Position numbers and translations under genes: made by a program | Assembly (NCBI RefSeq): GCF_964355755.1 | Contig: NC_092679.1 | Coordinates: 10,461,432-10,525,431 of the forward strand | Length of the DNA stretch: 64,000 nucleotides | Direction of reading: 5' to 3' | DNA from: Antedon mediterranea | Lineage: Eukaryota > Animalia > Echinodermata | In this document: in pieces, positions 37,216-50,399 of the stretch | How the letters are laid out: every line of letters starts with the position of its first letter | How positions within the stretch are numbered: the first letter of the stretch is position 1 | Notes under the pieces: model-generated | Database searches by the model: none | What the model was told of the DNA's origin: nothing | Seen by the model: the letters and a program-made list of their open reading frames with translations, nothing else

Positions 37216-40200
37216 AATGAAAAATGAAAAATAATTGTATTTATTGTGGTTTTTTTTATGACGAGCAATGAATTTCTTTTTTGAGGATCAATAAATGTTA
37301 TCTTAAGTGTTTTTTTATATGCGACTCTACTGCATCAATAAAAATTGTACAGTTTAATTTTACTTATTTCAACAATTATAAACCCAACTGAAACCACCAA
37401 TGATTTCTCATCGTCAGTGTCCTTGTTGGTTCCTAGCTTGATTTGCTTGTACTGAGTACTCCATTTCTTATGTAACTACTACACAATTCTGTGCAGTCGC
37501 CTGATGACTAATGATAAAGTTAAAAGAAAGTGCATTCAAATTAGCAAGATTTGCAACTGAGAATGGTCATAATTGGTTAATTTGTTTGTAATGAGCAATT
37601 GATTGAACTGCATTACTGAAAGTCTTGTACTAATGAAGTTAAAAACCATTAAAAATTGCAAAAGTAACCAATTTGAATGGATGATAAATCAAATATCGCA
37701 ATATCATTATTACCTTCACAAAAAAGGAGGTTATGTTTTCAAATCGCGCATAACCCCTACCCTATTAAAAGCCTAGGCTGGCTAGCTTGCTTTGCCTATG
37801 TAGTATTGCATGCTTAATTATTTTTCTTTGTTTTTATTTACAGGAATTAATATATTTATATACTGCCTGACCAAGTTGCTGAGAATTTATGAAACGCCAA
37901 ACAAAGTAGCCTATGCATACACATAGGCCTAGGCCTATTATTAGCGACATTATTTACAAATAAATAATGTAATGTTAAATTATATAGGCTAGGCTTAATA
38001 TATACTGTATATTAAAAATTGTGTAGGCTACTACTGTTACTTATTTATATTATTTTAATATAGGCCCTATCCCAAATAAACGGATTCATAAGTGGAATAT
38101 TCAATTTTTTCCAAGAACTAGACTACTACACACTAAATAAAATTATTTTTAAATGTCTAAATTTAAAATTGGACTAATTTTGTTTATGAATTATGTTTGT
38201 GTTCCTGTGTGCAAATGTTGTATAAATCATTTGTTTAAAATTAAATTGTCTCATGTATAGGTCTAATACAATGATCTAGTTCAAATGTTTTCTAACATCA
38301 AATAATAATAATCTAAATCTGATAAGTTTGTTTTTTGTTTTAATGTAAATCAATTTTTTATGGCAATCTTGTACACTGGTGGGTCTGGAATAACAAAATT
38401 AAAATAGTAAATTAATGTAATATATTATTGCATGAACATTCATTTTTGGTGGTACAAACTCTGAATTGGTAATTAAAAAGCAATCAAAGTAGGCTGAAGT
38501 AATTTTTTGCTGTATTTGCAATAATCCAGGCAGTAATTGTTTTATCAACTTGAATTTGTAATTAAAAACAATATCAGCATTTTGAAGCAAATTTAGATTT
38601 ATTCTTGTGTTTAAAAGAGTCTGTTGTATGGTATTAGTTTAGGTGTCGTTGCCACTTTTGCCTTGTACTATTATTTATTATTTTGAAGAATTGTAGGTAA
38701 AACTTAATCATGATGACGTTTACCATGCAGCCGATAGCCAAGAAGAAACAACTCCACCCATGTGATAAAGTCAATCTCCACATTCAACCATCCGCTTTAA
38801 CGTGCAACCACTAAATTTCAATCTTCTTATCTGTATCTATATAAACATACATCTTTTGATAAATCAACAATTTTGTTTTTATTTCATTTAGATATTGGAT
38901 ATGATCAGGTGTTGGCCTACATATAATTAGAGATGTTAATTCAATATATTTTTTTTTTTTAACTTTATTTCTTCACTTTGTTTATTTAATCACAAATAGC
39001 AACATAATTGAATTTAAAAAAATCTTACTAAAATATCACAAACAACAACTCAAAACAATTTTAGTCTGTTGCAAAACATTAATAAAACATAAAACAAGTC
39101 AAATTAGGTGACATGTTTTAGAAGTAGCATTTGAAATAATAAATAGAACATTGTGTTAGAGGTGATGTAATGCATTTTTCTGATGTTGGGAAAGAATGAA
39201 ACATATTTTGACATAATGGATAGCAATTTTTGTATCAATTTTGTTTACATTTATTAGTATAGTTAGTAGTTTTGACAAATGCACTAATAAAAACATATTC
39301 AGTTACCAGTATTCACTTCTTGTTCACTGCATGCATGCATAACTTGTTTCCATTGATGAAAAACAGTGTTACTAAAGAAATTGCTGGATAAACTACATAA
39401 GAATAAAACTAGAAAAAAAAAACTTTTGATAAAGTTCATCTGGTTTATATTTTGTATGATGATTATGGTTTTTTTTTTAATAGTCAAAAAAAAATCTTAT
39501 TTAAAAGTAAATATTCTCAATACAATACATTTAAAATTACTATACTATATTCTGGTATTGTTTCTGAATAGGCATCAATTTATCTGGAAGACAAGAAATG
39601 AAGTTTAGGGAGATATTACTAATACTAGGCCTGGTATATTGGATAATTAAAAAACATGGTCGGAATACACTCAACCAGCCTGAATGTCTAAATAATAAAT
39701 ATTAACAAAAAAACACTACCTACAGTGATATAATAATAAATCATTTGCTTTATAAATAGCATTGTGTAAGAATTAGGATTGTGGGTATAGGCCTAGTTTG
39801 ATAAGCATACCAATGTCCAAGTACAAACTCTAGGCATAGGCCTAGCCTAGCTAGGAGGTAGGCCTATGCCTAGCCTAAATAAAAGCAGAATTGTTTAGGT
39901 AGAGTAGGCCTCTAAGGCCTAGGCCCTTTCTATTTACAAACAAGTGAAAAAGTACATAATATGTTATTATAGACATACATATTATGTATGTCTATAATAA
40001 TAATATGGTCTGAAAGTAAACAACAATTATGGTAGGCCTAACCTAGACCGGCTTGGGAATAAACTACTCTCCTTGTGTACTGGCATTTTAGGCATAACTA
40101 AGGTCTAGCCTAGGTAGGTAGGCTTAGCCTAGCCTTTATTTAGGGCCTGGTCTACTAGGCCTAGTTTATAAGGTCTATCAGCCTAAAATTAAACCTTACG

Positions 40201-41674
40201 AACTAATATCCATAAAGAAAACAACAACTAATGTCTTAACACTTACTTTAGATTAATTTTGGTAAGGTTTATTACGAAATAAACCATTAGTAAACCAAGT
40301 ATTCATTTAAAAACTTCCGTTTTGTTTTTTAATTTGTCCCGATTTTGGGTCAGGCTAAGCCTAGCCCTAACTTAACATTTAAACATGTTTACTGTGTAAT
40401 TAATGTATGAAGATCAGTAAAATATTATTATAATTATTTTTTAACAAATAAAACTATTTGTTTTATTGTTGAAAAGTGTAATTAAAGTGATGTTTTTTTA
40501 CCGTAAAAAACTCTTTTTGTCGAGGTAACAAAAAAAACCGCCCTCAACAACAAAATATCAAGAAAAGTAGAGCTAGCGCCTTATATATGGAAAATTTAAA
40601 CTTATCATAAATAATTAAAAAATAAACTAACAATTTTGATATTAATACCATATAATCAAAATAATAAACTGACAACATTCCGTGAGTTTCAGCTGGTTTA
40701 ACAAATTATAGCCAAAGTTACGAGTTATGCTATATCTGGACTTAAGCAGGTTTCGGCCATCTACCAAAGGTTGATTTGCTTATATCTCAAAGACAAAATA
40801 TCAAAACGTATCAAAACTTCACCATTATAACTACACACATATATATATACCTACTGGCAAAAAATTTTAAAGTTAAGTATTTCGGCGACCATCGCCAAAT
40901 GTACTATTTCCAAGCAGGTAAATGCCATATTTTTTGGCCAAAAAAATACCAAAGAAAGAAAATTAATTTTGACCATTTATAATAATCGTACGTTCATGAA
41001 ACTTCCCAGACTTCTTCTGTATATGTTATTTTATCGTATAAAAAAAGAAAATTTAATTTCCATTGTTTAAAAAAAAATGGCGATAATAAAACGAAAAACA
41101 TCATTTGTCGTCAAATACGGTCGATGAAAAACATTACCCGATAAGAAGGCCAAGTTCAGAAACGGATTTCTTAAAAAGTGGTTAACAAAGGCTGGGTGAG
41201 TGATATGACCAAAAGGAACATTTTATCTATATTTATGTGAAAATCCGATCAAAATTAGTTATCTAAAAGAAAAGATATAGCAAAACACTATCTATGGTTT
41301 TGTGAGAAATTATGGAATTTTCCTGCTATATACGAACAGTGCATTAACATAGGAAATCCGTATCTCGTTACACTGTAAACGCAAGCAGGAAAATGCCAAT
41401 AGATCTAGCGACGATATATATCGATGGGTCCAAGCAGGTAAATGCCATGTGATCTATATATATATATATATATATTCTAAACCGGGTGGTTTAGAATTAA
41501 TGTTCTTTGCCTCTTGTGTTTATATATATATATATATATATATATATTAATCCAAAGGCAAATTACTGAAAAAATGACAATGCTGTGGGTATCAGTGGCT
41601 GGATCTCAATGGAGATACAAAATAAAAGCGAAAAGCTAAATCAAAATGAGTAAAGTAAAACAGCCAGAAAAGTT

Positions 41675-41713
41675 AGCAGAGCTTTCGGGCAACACTAGCT
41701 CTTCATCGGTGCA
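41675..41713 (-). ncRNA. Minimal type I hammerhead ribozyme motif (degenerate)
   Basis: Minus strand reads GCA-CCGATGA-AGAGC-TAGTGTT-GCCC-GAAA-GCTC-TGC: core CUGAUGA with one substitution, GAAA box, palindromic stem III AGCT, stem I GCA/TGC. Confidence 0.65.
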
Positions 41714-41946
41714 AGTGAAGGAATTTGGATAACGTCATAGTATAAAGCTGGCAAGTGCTGCCTGGGTGGACAGGAATAAAAGAAATATAACAAAGGGAGC
41801 CAGGGTGGTGGGTGGAGTCTGAATAAGAGTAGAAAACAAAGAAGGTAGCTTGGTAGAGATATAAACAATTTAGGAATGAGATTAAAAAAACAGCTTAAAT
41901 GGTGGTTAATATTGAAACTTAAATTTTGGTAGTCAATGGAATAATT

Positions 41947-42585
41947 TTACCAATCTGGGAGTATGTTCCTAATGTTAAGTCCAAAAGGTTTTGTGGTTTT
42001 AAGTTGTAATTCCCAGTGGTTTTCCTTGTCTTTGCAAGTTTTGTCGCTCCATTTGACATCGTGGTCTATTGCAATAACTCTGAAATTTGCAATCGAGTGA
42101 CCAGCTGAATTAAAATGTTCGGCTACAGGTTGATCAAGCTTTAATGTTTTGATAGCTGATCTGTGTTGTGTCATTCTCATACGGAGAGTGTTTTTTGTTT
42201 CTCCGACGTACTGTTTGCCACAAATATTACAGTATATGAGATAAATGACGTTTTTGGTTAGACAATTAATTGATTGTCTTATTCGAAAAATGCGGCCAGT
42301 TTGGTTACTCTTAAATTTTTCAGTAGAATCAACCAATGAACAAGTTTTGCAAGATTTGCCGCAAAGGTGACTGCCCAAATTTTGGCTGTCATAAGAGTTA
42401 ATTTCACTCTTAAATTTAGATCTGACTAATATATCACGAAGGTTGGGAGGTCTACGAAATGCAATAATGGGTGGTTCCGGAAAAACAGTCATGAGACGTT
42501 CTGTGGACTGTAGAATGGACATATGTTTCTCAATAATAGCCCGTAATGGGGGAAACCTTGGGTGATAGGTTGTGACCATTGGCAC
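41947..42585 (-). CDS. Penelope ORF C-terminus: thumb/linker, Cys motif and GIY-YIG endonuclease (truncated)
   Basis: PMVTTYHP..FRRPPNLRDILVR..CGKSCKTC..C..NVIYLIYCNICGKQYVGET..LRMRMTQHR..VAEHFN..E.HW..L.T..PFGLN; 212 codons remain open. Confidence 0.92.
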   Translation of the reverse strand: MPMVTTYHPRFPPLRAIIEKHMSILQSTERLMTVFPEPPIIAFRRPPNLRDILVRSKFKSEINSYDSQNLGSHLCGKSCKTCSLVDSTEKFKSNQTGRIFRIRQSINCLTKNVIYLIYCNICGKQYVGETKNTLRMRMTQHRSAIKTLKLDQPVAEHFNSAGHSIANFRVIAIDHDVKWSDKTCKDKENHWELQLKTTKPFGLNIRNILPDW

Positions 42586-42602
42586 TCTAGTCGATTTTTT
42601 TT

Positions 42603-42703
42603 AAAAGGCCATATACATTGCTGCAGTCGCGTGCTCAAGTTAGTGTTTACCGACCGACCGACCGACATAGTTAGCTGTAGAGTCGCGTTGAACGCGACTA
42701 AAA
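42603..42703 (-). mobile_element. Short HINE related to family 2
   Basis: AGTCGCGTG..(CCGA)n..AGAGTCGCGTTGAACGCGACTAAAAA. Confidence 0.7.
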
Positions 42704-42799
42704 ATTTGATTCGGGGGGGGGGGGGGGGATTCTATGTAGGGGACTTATACTGTACGCGGAGGTAGCAACTTTTATAGCAAAATTATGCGAATTTTAGCA

Positions 42800-44884
42800 A
42801 CAAACATCCATGGCACTCCCATAGTGCCTTTAATAGCACCATGGCTTGATGGTGAATTAATGCAACTTATGCGACAACGTGATTGCACACATAAAAAGGC
42901 TAAAAAAATCGGAATCGGATTGGAACACCTACAAAACGTTACGGAATAACGTTACTGATAAAATCCGGACCAAAAAAAGGGAATATTTTAAATCAACCAT
43001 CGAAAAGAACAAATGTGATTCGTCAATGCTATGGAAAAAACTAAAAGAGGTCCTTCCAAGCAATAAAAAATCAGCCCCAAATTGTATTATTTCCAAAAAT
43101 GGAAGAAGTACTATCAACAATCCTGACGACATTGCTGATATTTTGAATGAACATTTCTCCACAATCGGTGAACGTATGGCGAATGCTACAACCAGTAGTA
43201 CATCTGAATCAAACCAAAACGTTTTTGAGTCAAATTCACTCGAACAATGTATATTGCCAGATATCACAGAAGAATTTGTTCAAAGTCAAATATTAGTAAT
43301 GTCTGCTGGTAAAGCAACAGGTCCAGACGACGTCAGTGTAAAAATGCTAAAACTAGCTTACCCACACGTGACAAAGTCATTCCCCATGTCCTAAACCTAT
43401 CTATACGATGCGGACATTACACTACAGAGTGGGAAATGGCCTCTGTTACACCTATTCACAAAGGAGGAGACAAAAGTAACACTAATAATTATAGGCCAAT
43501 TTCCATCCTACCAATTGTTTCAAAAATTTTAGAAAGGTGGGTACATTCGGCCGTCTAATAGTACCTTAATGTGAATAAACTGATCCCATCTTGTCAATCA
43601 GGGTTTAGACACTCAACTGAAACAACGCTACATGACTTAACCAACGAGTGTTTACATGCCATAGAACAGGGTAAAATGACTGGTACTGTTTTCATAGACC
43701 TGAGAAAGGCTTTTGACTCAGTTAATCATGAAATTGTGTTAGAAAAACTCAAATGTATGTGCATGTCACCATCCGTAATGGAGTGGTTTAAATCATATTT
43801 AAGTGATCGCAGTCAATATGTAAACATTGGTGGCACAAAATCGAAGACGCGGCCACTAAACATTGGTGTGCCACAGGGTTCGATTTTGGGGCCATTGCTT
43901 TTTATCATTTACACAAGTGATTTACAAAATTGTATTCCTAAAAACTGTAAGTTGTTCATGTACGCTGACGATTCAACCCTGACATGTAGTTTACCAATTA
44001 TTGACGAAATAGAAACAAATTTAAATATGGTATTAGATATAGTACACAATTGGGCAAACAGAAACAAACTATAAATGCAAACAAAACTAAATCAATGCTC
44101 ATCGGATCGAAAAAGAAAACATCTACTAACGACCTTAATCTAAAAATTGCAAATAATTCAGTTGAAAAAGGTAAACTCTTTTAAATGCTTAGGTGTCATA
44201 ATTGACGAAACATTAGGTTGGTCACCGCATGTTGAGTACGTGAACAAAACAGTTTCTTCTAAACTAGGCATGCTAAATCGGATTCGCGACTGTATTCCAC
44301 AAGGCTGCATGAACACACTTTTCACTAGTCTAGTAAGGCCGTCATTATACTATTGTTGTACAGTATGGGGTGGTAGGTATGCATCCCATAATAAAACACT
44401 TAATAAGTGTTTAAAACGAGCTGCAATGCTTATTTTAAAATGTCAATATCTGACTCCTTCAGTAGACATGTTCTCAGACCTAGGCTGGCTTTAATTTTCG
44501 GACAGAGTTTCATTTAAAAGGACTGTCCTTGTATTTAAATGCATAAATAAAATGACTCCCGAATATATGACTAATATATTTACACCCTTATCCTAGTCAC
44601 GTGTAACGAGGCAGTCCACATTGTTGAAGTTAAAGATTCCTTTTGCGAGAACAGAATGTTTCTCCACAAGTTTTAGTCTTGTTGGTGCAACCCTGTGGAA
44701 TAGCGTCGAAGAGGAGTTAAGAACCATCACATCCTTAGGGTTATTTACATCAGAACTTCATAGGAAGTATATTCAGCAAAACGCTATTATGTAAATGGTT
44801 TTTAACTCAATGCAGGGCCCCAATGGAAATCAGTCTTTAACTGTTTGGGCTTACCCTGGGTAAACAAAGTAATAATAATAATAA
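42800..44884 (+). pseudogene. CR1/Crack-clade LINE, 5'-truncated ORF2 with RT and (TAA)n tail
   Basis: KATGPDDV, NYRPISILP, QSGFR.HSTET, FIDLRKAFDSVNH, GVPQGSILGPLLFIIY, MYADD, CLGVIID, YCCTVWG; 3' CAGGG..CCCTG stem and TAA repeats. Confidence 0.93.
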
Positions 44885-46289
44885 TCTATATATAAATTTA
44901 CGTAAGGGAAAAATTCGGTAAATCGCGCGTTATTTCTAGAATGTTTACTCGATGGTATATAAAGTTGGTTCGTACTTTCCGTACTGATTTTAATCACCTG
45001 ATGTAACCCTGTTTACTAATTAAATTGAGTTCGATAATTAGTTATTGACGATTAAAACGAATTTAGGTTCAACGATTTGCCCCAAATAGGGGTGTTTTTC
45101 GATGGTGGTATACACTGTCTAATGGATGTCCGCCTTGAAAAATACCCGCAGACAATAATACGAGGATGCTTCGCATTTTCCTATCTCCTCCTACGATAAT
45201 TGTTTTTAATGGCTGAAAACCGGTTGAACAGCTCGAGTATAGCATCATAATGTTGAAGACAGGCCGATTTTCTTTAAAAAATACTATTTTGATAGATTTA
45301 ATATACGTTTATACAAATGTATTGATTTGCGATGAATGGAACATTCCAATCTCTGTTCCACAAGTGTCTATTCCCTCAGGCGTCGTAAAGGCAAGTACAG
45401 GTACTGTATACTCATAACAGAAATTCGATCCATTTTTTTTTCAATCTGTGCTGCAGAGGTTGGATATAAATTTTTTTTAAACGGATAATGAGCTAGCGTT
45501 TTCACTCGCCGTATATTATGTACACATCTTTATTATTGCAGTTAAACCACCCATATCATCACCCTTCCCTCACTGGCATGAGTAGCGTTGTAAAACCAGT
45601 AGAGGATAGGCCTACGGTACATCACATGCCCTAAACGCAACTTTGGTGGGTAGGGGGTGGGTAGGGTAGGAACCAACTTAAGTATGAATTTGCTCTAAGA
45701 AACAATTGAAAACCATTAGGCCTACTAATTAAGTTGAGTTAGATAATTTAATATTTATTGACGATTAAATCGAATTTATGATTTTCGCCGAATAGAGGTG
45801 GTTTTCACAAATTGTTTTACATTATATAAACATGTCGTAGTGATGTATCGTTACATGTACTGTACTATTTCAATCGACTATGACGGTGATAGTTTCAACA
45901 AAGTATTAAATCGCAATGTTTTACTGTGTTTAGTGGTATATTATTTGTAAAACATGAAAACAATTAATATTTCGTTAATAAATGGGTAAAGAATATATTT
46001 AAAAATTGTTCCTCTTTGCACCCATCCTCTTCCCCATCCCTCAACCCAAATGTTACATACAAAACACATTTTAAGTTTATTTAAATTTGACTTAAACAAT
46101 TGGTCTCATTTTGTGACAAGTTTCTCTTTCGGAAGTAATTCTCAGGGTACTAATTTTACAGTACATAAATCACAGTGTCTATTTATTCGTTCCTGTAAAC
46201 GACATGTATTATTGTCCTGCGGTACGTATACATTTGAAATCGCCAGTTTTTTTAACGCTGAAATTATTATGTATTCGAGAACCATCTAG
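44885..46289 (+). mobile_element. Non-autonomous Helitron
   Basis: Begins A|TC and ends CTAG|T, splitting a (TAA)n run with no TSD; sister copies at 53509-54110 and 25523-25830. Confidence 0.85.
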
Positions 46290-46692
46290 TAATAATAATA
46301 ATAATAATAATAGGAGAACAATTTTTTTCTGAATGCATTACTTTAAATATTAATAACTTTTATTCAACTAAATACAACAAATACAAATGCTAGGCCTAGA
46401 CTACCAGGTTATTAGTGTAGAATTAACTATCTGCCCTTCGCACCTGCCCTTCGCACTTGAAGAATTACTGCAGAAATGCGTCAAGCTCGGGTGCTGTAAA
46501 TTTCAATAATATTAGACCTTACCTCACACACAATGCAAAATCGATAGTGTGTAATAAATAAATAAATTGCACACATAATTTGGAAAGTAAGAATTTGTAG
46601 AATGTAAGCTGTCTGCGAGTACATAATATAAAGAATTGTCAACGTTTTTGTTGCAGGAGTGAATCATTTAAAAGTTTATTTTTATGGGGCAG

Positions 46693-46852
46693 TGTCACAA
46701 CCGCCGGCTAATGTAGAAAACGCCCTAATGTCGAAACAACCGTTAATGTAGAACAATTCATCGCTAATGTAGTAAAACCTCCAGCTAATGTACTGTAGAA
46801 ACACCAACAGCTTATGTAGTAAATAAAAAATCAACACCAGCTAATGTAGAAC
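46693..46852. mobile_element. Ginger-like element end (TGT... terminus, GCTAATGTAG tandem units)
   Basis: Reverse complement of 28262-28443. Confidence 0.6.
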
Positions 46853-46859
46853 TGCCAGA

Positions 46860-47900
46860 GGTTTGATTTAGTAGATAAACTTTTTGGACAATTTTGTTTA
46901 ACAATGTTCCTATATTTACAATACATCTCTCAACAGTGATTATAATTCCTATCCAGTTGATATTTTTTAAGCTATTTGTCCCGTTCTTTAATGTCAGACA
47001 AGATTTCAACTGACATCCAGGGTTCTGTTGTCTTATCCTTACTTTCCTTATTGGTGCAACAAAATCTATTATGAAATGTACACCACTTATCGTCGACTTC
47101 ATTTTTTCCTACACAACATTAAAATGATCTGAGTTATAGTTTTTTGTTGATCGTATTAAGACTTCATTATGTTTATTACATTTTATGTGTTTCTTTTTCC
47201 TATATTCTATATTACCACTCTAACTGATAATACCTGGCTTATTACACAATATTAATATTATTACACGAGTATGTATCTATCATTTGCACAAGGCCAAAGG
47301 TCTTTAGAAATTTCTGGTATTTTGTGTGTTTGAGATGATCAACAAAGATGAGATTCCCTACGATATAGATTTCATTATTCATGACATCTTCAAAGTTATC
47401 CAAAAGAAACCGTAACCAGTTTTCTGAGACCTGTAGCTACAGGCAATAATGATAGGCTTTGTGTGAGGAAGAGTTACTTCTAACCAAGCAATCTCAAGTT
47501 GTGGTAATTCCAAATCTATCCGAGTAGTCCAAGTCAAATTAGAGTTAACATAGATACAGGAACCACCACCACCATGCCTATCGCGATCCTTAGGATGTAG
47601 ATAGTATCCAGGGATTTCCACTTATTTGTTGCTGATCGTGGCGTCGAACCATGTTTCTGTGTCTGCTATTATAATCGGACTGCATTGTTTTGCTATTAAT
47701 CGCAGTTAGGGTAGTTTGGAAGATACTGATAAGGAGTGAGCATTTAAGTGAAGCGTGTAGACAACTAAATACAGATTCTGCGTTGATGATGAATCTGGAA
47801 ATGGTGGAAACCATTCTGTATCTTAACTCAAAGGCTGATATATTAAATAGTTCGTTTAAGGCCTAGGATCTTGCGTGAATTATCTCTTGAGTTTAGTGAA
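46860..47900 (-). pseudogene. CR1-clade APE endonuclease fragment
   Basis: ETWFD, IPGYYLHPKDRDRHGGG.SCIYV, LEIAWLEVTLPHTKPIIIACSYR, IDFVAPIRKVRIRQ. Confidence 0.8.
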
Positions 47901-48856
47901 CCCCTAGCTGATATATTAAATAGTTCGTTTAAGGAATGTAAACTTTCATTGCAGTGGATTGGATTGCAGGATTAGTCAAAGGTGGGGGGCGGTGGTGTTT
48001 TTACCAGACCCGAGAGATTGAGTACATGAGCCAACTTCTCCTAGATGGTCGGATACTCTTGCACATCAGATTAATTAATTAATGTAGAGCACGCTAGGGA
48101 TCAGAAAAACGAACATACTCTTAGGCCTAAGCGTTCTATATTTTATAATTGATGCTGAAATTTGTTTCATAATTATGATTTTCCAAATGAATTAAAATTA
48201 AAAAGAATGCTAGAAATAAATAAAACATATTATTATTGTATATTTCTTTTTCAATTTTTTTTAAATTTTTTAAAAGCTATTCTTGACTAGGCTAATCAGA
48301 ATCTATTGTGAATGATAGCAGAGGAAGTGCCGATGGATGCTGTTATAAACAAGGCAACTTGCATTACTACACCTGTCTTCTAACAAGCAAATCTGCTGCA
48401 CATTTAATTTACCAATTAACCAGGAAAACATTTAAATACAACCACATCTTTGTTGTTGTGTAAATCAATAAATTCAAGTTGTTTTCTCCAATCTTCTTTA
48501 TAAAACTAAAACAAATCCATACTTATTAGAAAATTTGACCAGGAAGAAGTCAATAGATAAAGTTTAAAAACACCTGTTTTAAAACCGTGAGAAATATTCT
48601 GAGAATCCACTATTGTCATACTCACAATTTAACATTAACTTTCAGCCATGTCTAGTAGATGCTTACTAAATTCAGATTTAAGTTGTTTGTAGGCCTGACA
48701 AACTTAACACCTTCACAGACTGTCTGACAAATTATAGGTGTTATATTGATTTTTGTTTATGAACAAGCATGTGAAACTTTAATAATCGTGTTTAAAAAAA
48801 TAAATATAATTTAATGCAAATTTGTGCAAAAATATTCCTATGGCCGGTTACCCCCA

Positions 48857-48978
48857 TTTTTAGTCGCGTGGACGCGACTCTATAGTTCACTATGTCGGTC
48901 TGTCGGTCTGTTGGTCTGTCTGTCGGTCCGGTATCACTATGCGTGTTAGCACGCGACTTATGGCTGTTGGCCTTGTTT
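48857..48978 (+). mobile_element. Minimal complete HINE (~120 bp), family 2
   Basis: TTTTTAGTCGCGTGGACGCGACT, then (GTCN)n, then the subTIR CACGCGACTTA, the GGCTGTTGGCC hairpin and TTGTTT. Confidence 0.8.
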
Positions 48979-49659
48979 AAAATTAATTATGGAAGCTGAT
49001 GTAAAATTTGTACCTACCAGTAGTTCTGACGTCATCATATGGCCACTCAAGTTTTATTGAATTTTTTTAACCAATAGGCCTAAAGTGTGCATGATCAGTC
49101 ATTACCAAACAACTAGATGCCCAATCACAATGCAACAGTTTGTCCTTCAGCTCATAGGTTAAGAATTATCGCATTTATCAAATAATTATCCGATTTGGTA
49201 AATGAGATAATTATCGGTTAATTTTTCTCGAGTGGAATCGGTTAAACCACAGGTAGTTTATCGGTTAATGTTTGGATGCGGAGCACGGCCATATATAATG
49301 TTCATTTGAGATAATATACTCTATATAGACTGTTTTTAAAAATTTCACATAATCAATACTAGGCCTACAGCAAATATATATTAGATTTTAGGTTTTGTCA
49401 ACGAAAATGATAAAAAAAAAAAACAATCAACAAACCATTCTATCACAAAGAACATCAATTGATGCTCCTTATTTGCCATGATGTACTTTTTATGAAATAG
49501 TTTATCTTAAAAAAACATCCATGGAAGGTAATCATTTATGTTAATAGGTGAATTGCAAGCAGAGTCTGTAAACCTTTTATCAATGTTGCTAAATGAACTG
49601 CCCTTGCATTCACATAGGAGACCTTTAAATTGTAAATAAGAGAAAATAATTGTAGTACT

Positions 49660-50325
49660 GTACAGTCACATATGTAAGGACAAGCCATTTTGAAATTCAA
49701 AATGTCGACTGAAGGGATAGTTAAAACAAATGGCACCTAACTGTTGTCATCCATGGTATCATCGGAAAGGGAATTAGTAGAGGAGGAAATGGGGATTCCC
49801 ATGAAACCTCTGAGGTATATTTTTAATGTGGTTTTTTTATAATTCCAAGTACCGTTGTCTATAGTAACCAGTTGTTAACATTTTCAAATCGTGTCCCATA
49901 GGGGTTTTTTTACCCAAATAGTCGGCCATGTTGGTTTTGACAAAGTAACAATGTTTTCGCATTTCTCAGGAACCAGAGGTCGTATGAATATAATTTTGAT
50001 ACCAAAGTACTCAGAATATGTATGTTTGTATATGCTCTTATGAAAGTTTTTCGTATAAAATTATGGAAGTAGGATTTTTTACATATGACCTTGTTTTTAT
50101 ATGTAGTCCATATCTCAAAAACCGGTTGTCATAGAAACTTTATTTTAGTCTCAAATTATGCAGAAAACCAACATTTATATTTATGGTAAGGCAAAAATTA
50201 CCAAAAATGATATTTATGGCCTTTGAAATAATTTCATTAGGCCTAAACTGACCGGAAGTAGGACCTTTGACCTATGACCTCACTTTTAAATAATGTCATC
50301 TCAAAAACCGGTTGTCATAGAAACC
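49660..50325. mobile_element. Degraded DNA-element arm
   Basis: GCCATTTTGAAA and TTTGACCTATGACC motifs plus a duplicated CATCTCAAAAACCGGTTGTCATAGAAAC. Confidence 0.4.
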
Positions 50326-50399
50326 GTGCTCCGCGCGTGTTTTCTGCCTTAATATGTGGTTATATACTAATTCGCATAGGAGGTGTAGGTATAATAAAA

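Larger units (their letters stand above)
41548..42585 (-). mobile_element. Penelope-like element (Neptune-type), 5'-truncated, abutting (TA)n
   Basis: Contains the GIY-YIG ORF, a 3' region with a hammerhead motif, and a terminus found in several other (TA)n tracts of the window. Confidence 0.9.

Noticed and set aside
40550-41450. Probable repeat-like segment with a duplicated TCCAAGCAGGTAAATGCCA
   Set aside because: No termini, TSD or second copy could be established within the window.
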